From Octopus sinensis (Eukaryota): DNA of 64,000 bases. Below are positions 1 through 11,810 of the stretch, in pieces. A model generated the notes under the pieces. It had not been told where the DNA came from, did not search any database, and saw only the letters and a list, made by a program, of their open reading frames with translations. Both the position numbers and the translations under genes were made by a program. The DNA lies in NCBI RefSeq assembly GCF_006345805.1, contig NC_043010.1:10788001-10852000 (forward strand), in the 5' to 3' direction. Numbering within the stretch: position 1 is the stretch's first letter; each line of letters begins with the position of its first letter.

Positions 1-16
1 GATGATGATGATGATA

Positions 17-1269
17 TTAGACTGTCAAGAAAGTTCTTGTGGAAATTTTAACTTTGTTTTAAATGATGTATTTTCCAATTCATTTTTGTTAAATTACTTT
101 GATTTTATATATAATTTTAAAGCCCGTTTTTCACTTTTATCTAATCGCATTACGCTTTTTCTTTTGAATAATTAGGCCACGTTTTCCGGAACGTTGAATA
201 CAACATGGACAAAAAGCAAATTCGCACAATTTTCATATTCCAGTTCAAGCTAGGTTGAAAAGTTTATGAAACAGCTCGCAATATCAACGATGCTTTTGGC
301 CCAGGAACCACTAATGAACGTACAGCAGAATGGTGGTTCAAGAAATTTCGTCGCAGTGACAAGAGTCTTGAAGAGGATAAGTGTAGTGGTCAGCCATCGG
401 ATGTTGACAATGATAAACTTAGAGCCTTAGTCAAAGCCAATCCATACACAACCGTTCGAGAGCTTGCTTCTGAATTAGATGTAATGTATACAATTTCCAA
501 CCACTTGAAAGAGATTGAAAAATCAGGGTGTCACACGAAATGACTGACAACCAAAACAACATCATTTTGAAATGTCGTCTTCCCTTCTTTTACGCAACAA
601 AAACGATCCGTTTCTCGACCGGATTGTAACTTGCGATGGAAAGTGGCTTCTTTATGAGAACTGGTGATGCTGAGCTCAGTGGTTGGACACTGACGAAGTT
701 CCATGGCACTTCCCGAAGCCAAAGTTTCACCAAAAGGTCATGCTGACTGTTTGGTGGTCTGCAGCCAGTCTCATCCATCATAGCTTTTTGGATCCAGGTG
801 AAACCATTACGGCAAAGAAGTACTATCAGCAAATGGATGAAATGCATAAGAATCTCTGACAACAACCAGCATTGGTCAATAGAAAAGGACCAATTCTTCT
901 CCATGACAACATGACACATGTCACACAACTAATCCTGCAGAAGTTAAACGAATTGGACTATGAAACTCTGCCTCATCTGCTATGCTCACCACACTTCTTG
1001 CCTACTGACTATTACTTTTTCAAGCATCTTGACAACTTCCTGCGTGAGAAATGCTTCAAAAACCAAGACGATGCCAAACACGCCTTCAAGAACTTCATTG
1101 CCACCAGAACGCAGGATTTTTACGCTACTAGCATAAATAAACTTGTTTCACATTGGCAAAAGTGTGTTGATTCTGATGGTGTTTATTTCAATTAATAAAG
1201 TTTTGTTTGAGCTGAGGTATGTGCATCTGAATTTAAAGGTTAAAAACCACAAGAACTTCCTTAACCTAA
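17..1269 (+). mobile_element. Full-length mariner (Tc1/mariner, DD34D-type) DNA transposon, degenerate
   Basis: Imperfect ~30-bp TIRs (ttagactgtcaagaaagttcttgtgg at 17 vs reverse complement ttaggttaaggaagttcttgtgg ending 1269), TA on both sides, ~1.25 kb long, transposase motifs inside. Confidence 0.92.
205..1195 (+). pseudogene. Mariner transposase pseudogene (stops and frameshifts)
   Basis: Starts MDKKQIRTIFIFQFKLG*, then HTH region, RVSHE (WVPHEL-like), TCDGKWLLYEN (first D), LLHDN (second D), HLLCSPHFLPTDYYFF (YSPDLAPSD-like third D), C-terminal WQKCVDSDGVYFN. Confidence 0.92.
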
Positions 1270-1275
1270 TATATA

Positions 1276-1660
1276 CTGTGTGGTAAGTAGCTTGCTAACC
1301 AGCCACATGGTTCCGGGTTCAGTCCCACTGCGTGACATCTTGGGCAAGTGTCTTCTGCTATAGCCCCGGGCCGACCAATGCCTTGTGAGTGGATTGGTAG
1401 ATGGAAACTGAAAGAAGCCTGTTGTATATATGTATATGTATATATATGTATGTGTGTGTTTGTGTGATGGTGTTTGTCACCCTAGCATTGCTTGACAACC
1501 GATGCTGGTGTGTTTACGTCCCTGTCACTTAGCGGTTCGGCAAAAGAGACCGATAGAATAAGTACTGGGCTTACAAAGAATAAGTCCCGGGATCGATTTG
1601 CTTGACTAAAGGTGGTGCTCCAGCATGGCTGCGGTCAAATGACTGAAACAAGTAAAAGAG
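1276..1660 (+). mobile_element. tRNA-derived SINE family A (5'-clipped)
   Basis: Head gtggtaagtagcttgc...ggttccgggttcagtccc (A/B-box-like), internal (TA)/(TG)n, tail ggtgctccagcatggc...gactgaaacaagtaaaagag; many copies in window. Confidence 0.9.
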
Positions 1661-2448
1661 TATGTATGTATGTATGTATGCATGTATGTATATATATATA
1701 TATGTGTGTGTGTGTGTATGCATGCATTTATATATGTATGTATACATGTACAGATGGACGTATGTATAGATACTACACACACACATATATATGCCTTTTA
1801 GAATAGCTAGCTCTTCAGCTAGTACAATACTGTATCGATGTTTATTGGGTTGCTGGATAGACTAAGATTAATACTGTATACGTTTATCATATGTATAATA
1901 AAATATGCACTGAATTTCTTTCACTTCTCTTGTGAAGCATAACTGAAATATGTATTAAATCTATAAATGACTTTATATATATTAGAAGGCAATATTAATT
2001 TTGCTTCACTTGTGAAACTAAATATACACTACTGAAAAATAATTGCTTAATGAAATTTTTAACAAAACATAAAATTAATGCATGTATGTAATTTCTATTG
2101 CTTCACTGATTAAACTTAGTTGAAATATATTTATTAAACATAGAGATAATGGCATTAACCGTATCACAAAAGAATATGAATTATATTTCTATGAAAAAAA
2201 AAAAAGATTTTTAGAGATAGAATGATAATGAAACAGTTTATTAAAAATGCTCATCGAAGCAGTTATTCATGAATGAAATGGAAATAAATTTTAAAATATA
2301 AAATTGTATATATTTTCAAAAATCACTGCCTAATAAAGAAACGTGAATTTCATTTTGACTCACGAAACTAAAATATACATAGGAAACTTAATGCCAGTCT
2401 TTCAAGTCAAATGTAAACAATGTTATGCATCACTTCACTGATTAAACA

Positions 2449-2453
2449 CAACC

Positions 2454-2486
<33 letters not shown>

Positions 2487-2518
2487 ATACGTACATATAT
2501 ATATACATACATATAAAC

Positions 2519-2554
<36 letters not shown>

Positions 2555-2850
2555 CATACATACATACATACATCTATATTACACATACATACATACATAT
2601 ATATATATACATAGATACATATATACATATATATACATATATATATGTATGTATATATATATGTATATATATATATACACATACATACGTACATACATAC
2701 ATATATATATACATAGATACATATATACATATATATACGTATATATATGTATATATATATATATATATACACATACATATATATATATACATAGATACAT
2801 ATATACATATATATACGTATATATATGTATATTATATACATATATATATG

Positions 2851-2905
<55 letters not shown>

Positions 2906-2938
2906 GTATACATACACATACATACATACATATATATT
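2449..2938. repeat. Compound (TA)n/(TACA)n microsatellite
   Basis: Visible simple repeat; source of spurious YI-rich ORFs. Confidence 0.95.
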
Positions 2939-3347
2939 ACAAATAAATAGGAATTTCACTTCAATGACATATTTAGGATAGAAAATGATAAGAAACATCT
3001 GTACAAGAAAGGAGATGGATAGGGATGTGGTGTCAATGAGTATGGATTTGATGAGTAGCCATCAGCAGATTCCCGAAATTACTGCTGGAAAAATGCACAG
3101 ATGCATATGATTTATTTTAATTAAGTATGGACGGATGGATGAATGGATGGATATTATTTATCATAAATACCTGCAGTTTGATGTGCAGCTAAAAGAAAAT
3201 TTTACTTTAAACACATGCATGTATAAAAATACATGAACTCACACACATGTGCATATATATATATGTATATATACCCCCACACCACACTCATATATATATA
3301 TATTATATATATATATTATATATATATATATTTATATGTATGTATGT

Positions 3348-3509
3348 GTGGCTGTGTGGTAAGTAGCTTGCTAACCAACCCACATGGTTCTGGGTTCAGT
3401 CCACTGCATAGCATCTTGGGCAAGTGTCTTCTGCTATAGCCCCGGACCGACCAATGCCCTGTGAGTGGATTTGGTAGACGGAAACTGAAAGAAGCCTGTC
3501 GTATATATG

Positions 3510-3540
<31 letters not shown>

Positions 3541-3750
3541 TTGTGTGTCTGTGTTTGTCCCTCTAGCATTGCTTGACAACCAATGCTGGTGCGTTTACGT
3601 CCCCGTCACTTAGCGGTTCGGTAAAAGAGACCGATAGAATAAGTACTGGGCTTACAAAAGAATAAGTCCCGGGGTCGAGTTGCTCGATTAAAGGAGGTGC
3701 TCCAGCATGGCCGCAGTCAAATGACTGAAACAAGTAAAAGAGTAAAAGAG
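3348..3750 (+). mobile_element. SINE family A
   Basis: High identity to the other family A copies, (gtaaaaga)n tail. Confidence 0.9.
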
Positions 3751-3759
3751 ATATATATG

Positions 3760-3812
<53 letters not shown>

Positions 3813-3921
3813 GTATGTATGTAAATATATATATATATATATATGTATACACACACATACACATATATATAAATTTATGCACATATATGCATGCATTTAC
3901 ATAGATAATATATAACATCTA

Positions 3922-4146
3922 GTATTCTTTTCTACTCTAGGTACAAGGCCCAAAATTTTTGGGGAGACGGTGTCAATCGATTAGATAGCCCCCTCCCCCC
4001 AGTACACAACTAGTACTTAATTTATCAATCCCTAAAGGAGGAAAGGCAAAGTCAACCTTGGCAGAATTTGAACTCAGGACATATAGACAGACACAATGCC
4101 ACTAAGCATTTCGCCCCTGGCATGCTAACATTTCTGCCAGCTCCCC
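3922..4146 (-). mobile_element. SINE family C variant (gagctggcagaa head, alternative tail)
   Basis: Reverse complement has gagctggcagaaatgttagc...gagttcaaattctgccaaggttgactttgcctttcc, as in family C, then a different 3' part ending gtacctagagtagaaaagaat. Confidence 0.75.
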
Positions 4147-4171
4147 ACATTACACACACACACATATATCA

Positions 4172-4202
<31 letters not shown>

Positions 4203-4203
<1 letters not shown>

Positions 4204-4457
4204 AAATTGATCAAAATAAAAATAAAAATAAAAACATGAGGCGAAGGATTCAGCGGTACATATGTTTCGGGCCTTTATTAGACAGATTCATAACAAATCA
4301 TAATGTATGTCTGTGGCCTTCTTCAGCCGCGCACAACAGCTTCCACAAGGACATGTGTTACTTCCGAAATTCTTGGTTGGGGATGCAAATCTTCTCGTTC
4401 CCGTACGACATAATGCGGCAGCAGCATCGAATTGAATCGTCCATCTCTTTCTTCTCT
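4203..4457 (-). mobile_element. Penelope-like terminal repeat fragment (family P3), inverted copy 1
   Basis: 255 bp, reverse complement of 5151-5405 with no mismatch found by eye; contains a hammerhead motif. The Penelope assignment is inferred from the ribozyme type. Confidence 0.6.
4253..4330 (-). ncRNA. Type I hammerhead ribozyme motif
   Basis: GCGG-CUGAAGA-A-GGCC...GGCC-C-GAAA-CAUAUG-UA-CCGC on the minus strand. Confidence 0.7.
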
Positions 4458-5150
4458 GTATTTGTCCATACATACTTACACATAAAAACAATTACATATA
4501 GTTTCAATATTCACTTTTGCACACGCTTGCATGGGTCAGGCAGAATTCACTGAAGCATATTTTTTTTTTTTTTACAGTTGGATGCCAGCAATCACTTGTT
4601 TCCAAGCAAGGTAAATAATGACTCACATCAAGAAGCTTGGACAGTTGCCTGCAAGCACATAAAACCACCTGTATTGCTCAACCCACATTAACCAAAAAAA
4701 GAAAAAAAAAAAAAAACAATTCTTGCACTGGAACCAAATTTCCAGCTACCATATTGTGTCATAAAATATCTGGTACAATACATGTGTTTGTGTGTGTGTG
4801 TGTGCTCATGTACACAAATATGTGGCTCTGTGATTGAGAGGTCCTCTTAGTCCAGATGCTCAGTGCCTTCAACTATAGATACAATCTGACTAATTTTCTG
4901 TGAGTAGATTTGTAGACAGAAACCACAATAAGCATGCCTATCATACACACACACGTTCAGGTCTTTCCTTTGTCTGCATGTTGGTTCACTGGAAAAATTT
5001 CTGTTCATGCAGTGTCATTTATTTAAAATATACAACATGCATGTTAAAGTGGATACTAAAGCAATGCACATACATACATGGCAAAAGTATGGCATTATTT
5101 GGCAATTATTATTTGGCAAAAGTATGGCATTATTTGGCATTATTTCTCTG

Positions 5151-5405
5151 AGAGAAGAAAGAGATGGACGATTCAATTCGATGCTGCTGCCGCATTATGT
5201 CGTACGGGAACGAGAAGATTTGCATCCCCAACCAAGAATTTCGGAAGTAACACATGTCCTTGTGGAAGCTGTTGTGCGCGGCTGAAGAAGGCCACAGACA
5301 TACATTATGATTTGTTATGAATCTGTCTAATAAAGGCCCGAAACATATGTACCGCTGAATCCTTCGCCTCATGTTTTTATTTTTATTTTTATTTTGATCA
5401 ATTTA
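5151..5405 (+). mobile_element. Penelope-like terminal repeat fragment (family P3), inverted copy 2
   Basis: See 4203-4457; ends in a (ttttta)n-like tail. Confidence 0.6.
5278..5355 (+). ncRNA. Type I hammerhead ribozyme motif, intact core
   Basis: Helix I GCGG(5278-81)/CCGC(5352-55); CUGAAGA 5282-88; helix II GGCC/GGCC extended by ACAGA/UCUGU and CAUA/UAUG; GAAA 5340-43; palindromic helix III ACAUAUGU; predicted cleavage after GUA (5351). Confidence 0.72.
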
Positions 5406-5513
5406 CTCCACCACCTACACCACCAAACGGTATACACAGGTGCTTATAATTATCAAGTACTCACCCCAATTTCTACACTCAACTCACCTATATATATATA
5501 ATATGTATATATA

Positions 5514-5548
<35 letters not shown>

Positions 5549-5679
5549 CGTTAAATATTTGTTGTGCAAGATTTTTTATGACCATTCCGAAATATATATA
5601 TATATTATATCAAAAGTCAAAACACAAAAATCAAAATCAAAATCGTTCAACATCAATGGAATTGTAGCTTGTGATACCA

Positions 5680-5992
5680 GTGCCGTGGCACGTAGAGAAC
5701 CATCTGTATGTGGCCGTTGCCAGCGCCACCCTGACTCGCCTCCGTGCCGGTGGCGCGTAAAAGCACCATCCGATCGTGGCCGTTTGCCAGCCTCGTCTGG
5801 CTTCTGTGCAGGTGGCACATAAAAAGTACCCACTACACTCACGGAGTGGTTGGCGTTAGGAAGGGCATCCAGCTGTAGAAACTCTGCCAGATCAGACTGG
5901 GCCTGGCGCAGCCTTCTGGCTTCCCAGAACCCAGTTGAACCGTCCAACCCATGCTAGCATGGAAAACGGACGTTAAACGATGATGATGATGA
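5680..5992 (+). mobile_element. RTE-type LINE 3' UTR or RTE-tailed non-autonomous retroelement
   Basis: ggcgttaggaagggcatccagctgtagaaa...acccatgctagcatggaaaacggacgttaaac followed by (gat)n tail; other copies at 7199-7530 and 29863-30154. RTE link is from recall of the family tail. Confidence 0.7.
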
Positions 5993-6028
5993 TATATATA
6001 TATATATATTTATATATGTATATATATT

Positions 6029-6062
<34 letters not shown>

Positions 6063-6393
6063 ATTATATTTATTATACTTATTTTATTTGAAGTTAGAAT
6101 AACATTTTCTCATTAGTGAGAACATGCCTTTCTTTCCATGATCTTCAAAGTAATGTTTACGACATTTGCATTTTTGATCAATGTAGATGATACATCTTAG
6201 GTTGTCTTAATGTCATTTGTCAGCTGCAGTCAAGTCATTGTCTTGTTGTTGCTGCTGTTATTTAGCCCAAGGTCAAAAGTGATTCTGTACAAGTATGATC
6301 AAAGACATTCTAACCATGATAATTCTATCTTGTTTACAGATAGTCTGTAGCCAAAACCACTACATTCGCTGTGTGCTTCTTTCATCAAGAGGA

Positions 6394-6802
6394 TACTCTT
6401 TACTCTTTTACTTGTTTCAGTCATTTGACTGCAGCCATGCTGGAGCACCGCCTTTAGTCAAGCAAATCGACCCCGAGACTTATTCTTTGTAAGCCCAGTA
6501 CTTATTCTATTGGTCTCTTTTGCCGAACCGCTAAGTGACGGGGACGTAAACACACCAGCATCGGTTGTCAAGCAATGCTAGGGGGACAAACACAGACTCA
6601 CAAACATACATACACACATATATATATATATATATACATATATACGACAGGCTTCTTTCAGTTTCCGTCTACCAAATCCACTCACAAGGCATTGGTTGGC
6701 CTGGGGCTATAGCAGAAGACACTTGCCCAAGATGCCACGCAGTGGGACTGAACCCGGAACCATGTGGTTGGTTAGCAAGCTACTTACCACACAGCCACTC
6801 CT
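6394..6802 (-). mobile_element. SINE family A
   Basis: Reverse-complement full copy. Confidence 0.9.
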
Positions 6803-7198
6803 AATTTAATAAGATTTTGTTGTTAATTCTAGTAGACTCATTCACCACATAGGCGTTCCTCAGCTTAGCAAAATTTACTATTTTGACATGTTATGGTGAG
6901 TAGTTTAGCTGTATGCAGTTTCGTTTACAATTGAGATTGTATTTCGTTAATAGATGGAAGGTGCTCTTTAAATAATGCTGAATTATAACTTTAAATAAAT
7001 GACACAAACAATTGCCACAGATATAAACTTGAACTCGGAAATCTTGGTTTCGAAACACAAGGCTGTAATCAATATTTTGTCATTTCACCAAAAATCTGAC
7101 ATCGTTTTCAAGGAATTTTTGGAAACTGGTGTTTATCAAAAATATTTTTTTTACATATCAAGTTATTCCCAAAACACTGAATAGTTTAGTGGTCTTAA

Positions 7199-7530
7199 TC
7201 ATCATCATCATCATCATCGTCATCGTTTAATGTCCGTTTTCCGTGCTAGCACAGGTTGGACGGTTCGATCGGGGTCTGGGAAGTCTGGAGGCTGCACCAG
7301 GCTCCAGTCTGATCTGGCAGTGTTTCTACAGCTGGATGCCCTTCCTAACGCCAACCACTCTGCGAGTGTAGTGGGTGCCTTTTACGTGCCACCTGCACAG
7401 GTGCCAGGCTAGTCCAGCATCGGCTACAATCGATTGGGGCTTTTAACGTGCCACCGGCATGGAAGCCAGCCAAGGCGGGGCTGGCATCGGCCACGTTCGG
7501 ATGATGCTTTTTATGTGCCACCAGCACTGG
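7199..7530 (-). mobile_element. RTE-type 3' UTR or RTE-tailed element
   Basis: (atc)n tail then gtttaatgtccgttttccgtgctagc...ggatgcccttcctaacgcc; homologous to 5680-5992. Confidence 0.7.
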
Positions 7531-8021
7531 AGCCAGTGCATAGATACATATATTTTTATGACTGTGTGGCTCAGAAGCTTTCCCCCTCCCTGCTCCTATA
7601 ATTATATGGTTTTGTGTAAGTATATTCTACTAGAGCCTGAAGCTGACCAAAGCCATGTGAGTGGACTTGGTAGAAAAAAACTAAAAGAAGCCCATAGTAT
7701 GCACATACATATGCATTCCACACATACAAATACACTCCCACATGCATATATATATAAGGGTGACCTTGTCTTAACTTTGTACGATGGTGGTTCAATCCAA
7801 GTAGAAGCATTGTTCATATCCAATCTTCTGTGAAAACATATCTGGTCATAGGAAACAAACCACTTTCCACCACAAGATCCAAATTTTGTTGTAATGTGAT
7901 GCTCTGTGTGCCTGAGTGGAACTAAGCATTGTGCCAACAAAATCCAGGGGTGTATATTCCAGGGGTGTTAGGTATGCAATGCACATCCATTACGAATTCA
8001 TTATAAATATTAACACACAAA

Positions 8022-8420
8022 TTTTTATATATAAAAGTAAGGTTGTGTGTCTGTCTCCTACAATTTAGATTCCTAACTACTCCCACATTTTGCGGTGCAG
8101 TTTAACCAAAACCAGGTATCTTATAGTCGTGATTCATATCGTGCCCTTCTGGGTATTAGCGCGCGTCTATGATGAGTCTACGATTTAAAAAAAATTTTAC
8201 CATCATTTTTTTCCATTTTAATGCATTTTTTTCACTATTATATAAGGGAAGTAACTCTCTAAAAATGTCTACGATGAGTCAACGATTTAAAAAAATATTT
8301 ACCATCATTTTGTTTTCATTTTTAATGTATTTTTTTGCTATTTTTTGGCTATAACTCTCTAAAAATGCTTATATAGTTATTTCCCTTACAAACCCGAGCA
8401 ACACTGGGCGATACTGCTAG
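8022..8420 (+). mobile_element. Non-autonomous Helitron-like element
   Basis: 5' t(t)tttatatataaaag, 3' hairpin (cccgagcaacactggg) ~11 nt before terminal CTAG followed by T; internal ~100-bp duplication; homologous to 46094-46478. Confidence 0.7.
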
Positions 8421-8607
8421 TTCATTATAAATATTAACACACAAATTTATTATAGAAATTTTCCATACTCGTTAATTTAATTCACAAACCTTAATGGAAA
8501 AGTTTTGTAATAATCCTACTTGAAATTTGGTGGCATTGGGTGTGGCACCACACCCAATACAACAACCACCATATGCCACTGAACAAAACTTCCTATGCTG
8601 GATAGTA

Positions 8608-8764
8608 AGAGTGGCTGTGTGGTAAGTAGCTTGCTTACAAACCACATGGTTCCAGGTTCAGTCCCACTGCATGGCATCTTGGGCAAGTGTCTTCTACTCT
8701 AGCCTCAGGCCGACCAAGGCTTGTGAGTGGATTTGGTAGATGGAAACTGAAAGAAGACCGTCGT

Positions 8765-8795
<31 letters not shown>

Positions 8796-9156
8796 ATAGA
8801 AATATTAAAATTACTAAGTCTCTCTAAAGGAGATTACGGCAGTATTACTGGATATTAATAGTTATCGCCATACTAATATGGCAGTCTATAAATATAAGAC
8901 TAAAGCTGTCGCTGATATATATATATATATATATGTATGTATGTGTGTATATGTTTGTGTGTCTGTGTCTGTATCCCCCAACATCACTTGACAACCAATG
9001 CTGGTGTGTTTACGTCCCCATAACTTAGTGGTTTGGTAAAACAGACCGATAGAATAAGTACTAGGCTTACAAAGAATAAGACCTGGGGTCAATTTGCTCG
9101 ACTAAAGGCGATGCTCCAGCATGGCCACAGTCAAATGACCGAAACAAGTAAAAGAG
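8608..9156 (+). mobile_element. SINE family A with ~120-bp unrelated insert (about 8795-8915) in its internal (TA)n
   Basis: Family A head and tail separated by TA-flanked non-SINE sequence. Confidence 0.85.
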
Positions 9157-9169
9157 ATAAGAGGCTAAA

Positions 9170-9417
9170 TTAATATGGACCACCTCTTTCCCAAGATAAC
9201 ACTGGGTTTGCATAGGGCCAAGGTCGCCACTTAAAAGACAAAGAACGTAGTGAGAGAAGCATTGGTCACAATTCAAAACCAAAATGATCTGGGAACAGAA
9301 GGCCTTCCCTCAGAAAAACATATTCTGGGGAAGTGATCCTGACAGCCCAGAAATAGTGGAGAAAAGTTATTCAAGGCCTATGCTTCATAGGGAGCAAAGG
9401 GCTTGAGTAAGTAAGTT
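9170..9417 (+). mobile_element. Probable old RTE-clade 3' remnant
   Basis: Ends ggcctatgcttcatagggagcaaagggcttgagtaagtaagt with an (agta)n tail; degenerate. Confidence 0.35.
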
Positions 9418-9420
9418 GAA

Positions 9421-9540
9421 AACAGGTGAGGGTTGTTGACAGGAAGAGCATCTGTCAGTAAAAGTCTGCTATAATGAATTCTGTCTGACCCATGCAAGCA
9501 TGGAAAATAAACGTTAAAATATGACGATCATGGTGATCTT
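9421..9540 (+). mobile_element. Old relative of the RTE-tailed repeat
   Basis: acaggaagagcatc...gacccatgcaagcatggaaaataaacgttaaaat; reverse copy near 16615-16735. Confidence 0.5.
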
Positions 9541-9574
9541 TATCTCTCAAGCACACACACATACACCCATACAT

Positions 9575-9897
9575 GTGTGGTATCTGTGTGTGTGTGTGTC
9601 TGTGTGTGTGTGTGTGTCTGTGTGTGTGTGTGTGTATATGTTGTGTGTGTATCTGTGTGTATGCATGTATCTGTGTGTGTGTGTATCTGTATGTGTGTAT
9701 CTGTGTGTGTGTATGTGTGTATCTGTGTGTGTGTATCTGTGTGTGTGTGTATCTGTGTGTGTATGCATGTATCTGTGTGTGTGTGTATGTGTATCTGTGT
9801 GTGTATGCATGTATCTGTGTGAGCGTGTATCTGTATGTATCTGTGTGTGTGTATGTATGTGTGTATCTGTGTGTGTGTGTGTATCTGTGTATGCATA
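9575..9897. repeat. (GTATCTGTGTGTGT)-type minisatellite / (GT)n
   Basis: Visible repeat. Confidence 0.9.
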
Positions 9898-10290
9898 TGT
9901 AATTGTTCTATGCACCAGTAATATACAGGCTATTCATCCTTATATTCATTCCACCAATTTATCAATTCAACGTAACTCAATGACATATCTTATTGGTTAT
10001 CGGATTTCCACTTCACAAAGAGTTAATAATCCAAAACATTTCTGTTTCTTGAACTCTCTTACCACGATTTCAAAATAAATAACATTCTTAAGACCAAATT
10101 CCATTTTATTCCTTATTTTTTTTGTCTTTTTGTTCTTTTCCTTTTCATGATCTTTTAACTTGAGAGGAAAAGAAAACTTAAAATAGAAAAGGTAAAAAAA
10201 CAAACTGTTTTGTTACCTTGATTGACTTAAATTAATGCCACAGCTTTAATTTCCATTGATTAGGTTTAATGAAACCACTTGATTAAATCT

Positions 10291-11125
10291 ACCCCCCACC
10301 ACCACCACCAACACCACCACCACCACCACCACCACTACCACCACACCAACGATGTGAAATTATGCATGTCTCTGATGGGCGTAATTGAATTTTAAATATG
10401 TTCACCACCACCACCACTACCACCACCACCACCACCACCACCGCCTTCGCCACCACTACCACCACCACCACCACCACCACCACCACCACCACCACCACCA
10501 CCACCACCACTACTACCACCACCACCACCATCATCACTGCCACAGCCACCACCACCACCACCACCACCACTACCACCACCACCACCACTACCACCACCAC
10601 CACCATCACTGCCACAGCCACCACCGTCACCTTCATAGAGTTACTACAATCACTACCATCCTCCTCCTCCTCCTCCTCCCCCTCCTCTCTTTCTCCCTCC
10701 TTCTTTTCTTCCTTCTCTAATTTCAAATTTTACTTTCTTCTTAAAACTACTGCATATGATCGATCATCACTATCACCATTCATCAACAGCAACCACCACC
10801 ACCACCACCATCACCACTCCACCACCACCACTCCACCACCACCACTCCACCACCACCACTCCACCACCACCACTCCACCACCACTACTCCACCACCACCA
10901 CTCCACCACCACCACTCCACCACCACCACTCCACCACCACCACCACCATCACCACTCCACCACCACCACTCCACCACCACCACTCCACCACCACCACTCC
11001 ACCACCACCACTCCACCATCACCACTCCACCATCACCACTCCACCACCACCTCCACTACCACTCCACCACCACCACCATTCCACCGGCACTGCCATTGCT
11101 GCTGCTACCGCCACTACTACTGACA
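10291..11125. repeat. (CCA)n/(CAC)n tracts with 11-14-mer higher-order unit ccaccaccact(cca)
   Basis: Visible repeat; poly-T/H/P ORFs are artefacts. Confidence 0.95.
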
Positions 11126-11284
11126 CTGATATCCCCACCATTGTGAGCTGAAAGGGTTAACAGTTAGGAAACACCAGGTAACGTAGTCCTCTACGACAAG
11201 AAAATAATGGAAAGAGTTTAGAATAGTTCTGATCACTGGCCCACTCCATCAGAACTGACTTGGGAGTTAATGGAGAACCATATC

Positions 11285-11312
11285 TACTACTGCTGCTACT
11301 ACTACTACTACT

Positions 11313-11349
<37 letters not shown>

Positions 11350-11386
11350 CTCCACCATCACCACTAAAACCACCACCACCAAAACC

Positions 11387-11421
<35 letters not shown>

Positions 11422-11457
11422 CTCCACCATCACCCCCAAAACCACTACTACTACTAT

Positions 11458-11502
<45 letters not shown>

Positions 11503-11601
11503 CACCACCAAAACTACTACTACTACTACTACTACTACTACCACACCACCTCCACCATCACCACTAAAACCACTACTACTACAACTACCACCACCACCAA
11601 A

Positions 11602-11634
<33 letters not shown>

Positions 11635-11775
11635 TCCACCATCACCACTAAAACCACTACTACTACTACAACTACCACCACCACCTCCACCATCACCACC
11701 AAAACCACTACTGCTACTACTACTACTACCACCACCACCTCCACCATCACCACCAAAACCACCACCACCAAAACC

Positions 11776-11810
<35 letters not shown>

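Noticed and set aside
2407-2981. Long YI/YM/HT/CV-rich ORFs here and throughout (13 kb, 18.8 kb, 50 kb, 57-58 kb)
   Set aside because: Translations of di- and tetranucleotide microsatellites; no coding signature.
4288-5372. Identical short ORFs (RRKRWTIQFDAAAALC..., MRRRIQRYICFGP...) on both strands
   Set aside because: A consequence of the inverted duplication; no recognisable RT or GIY-YIG motif.
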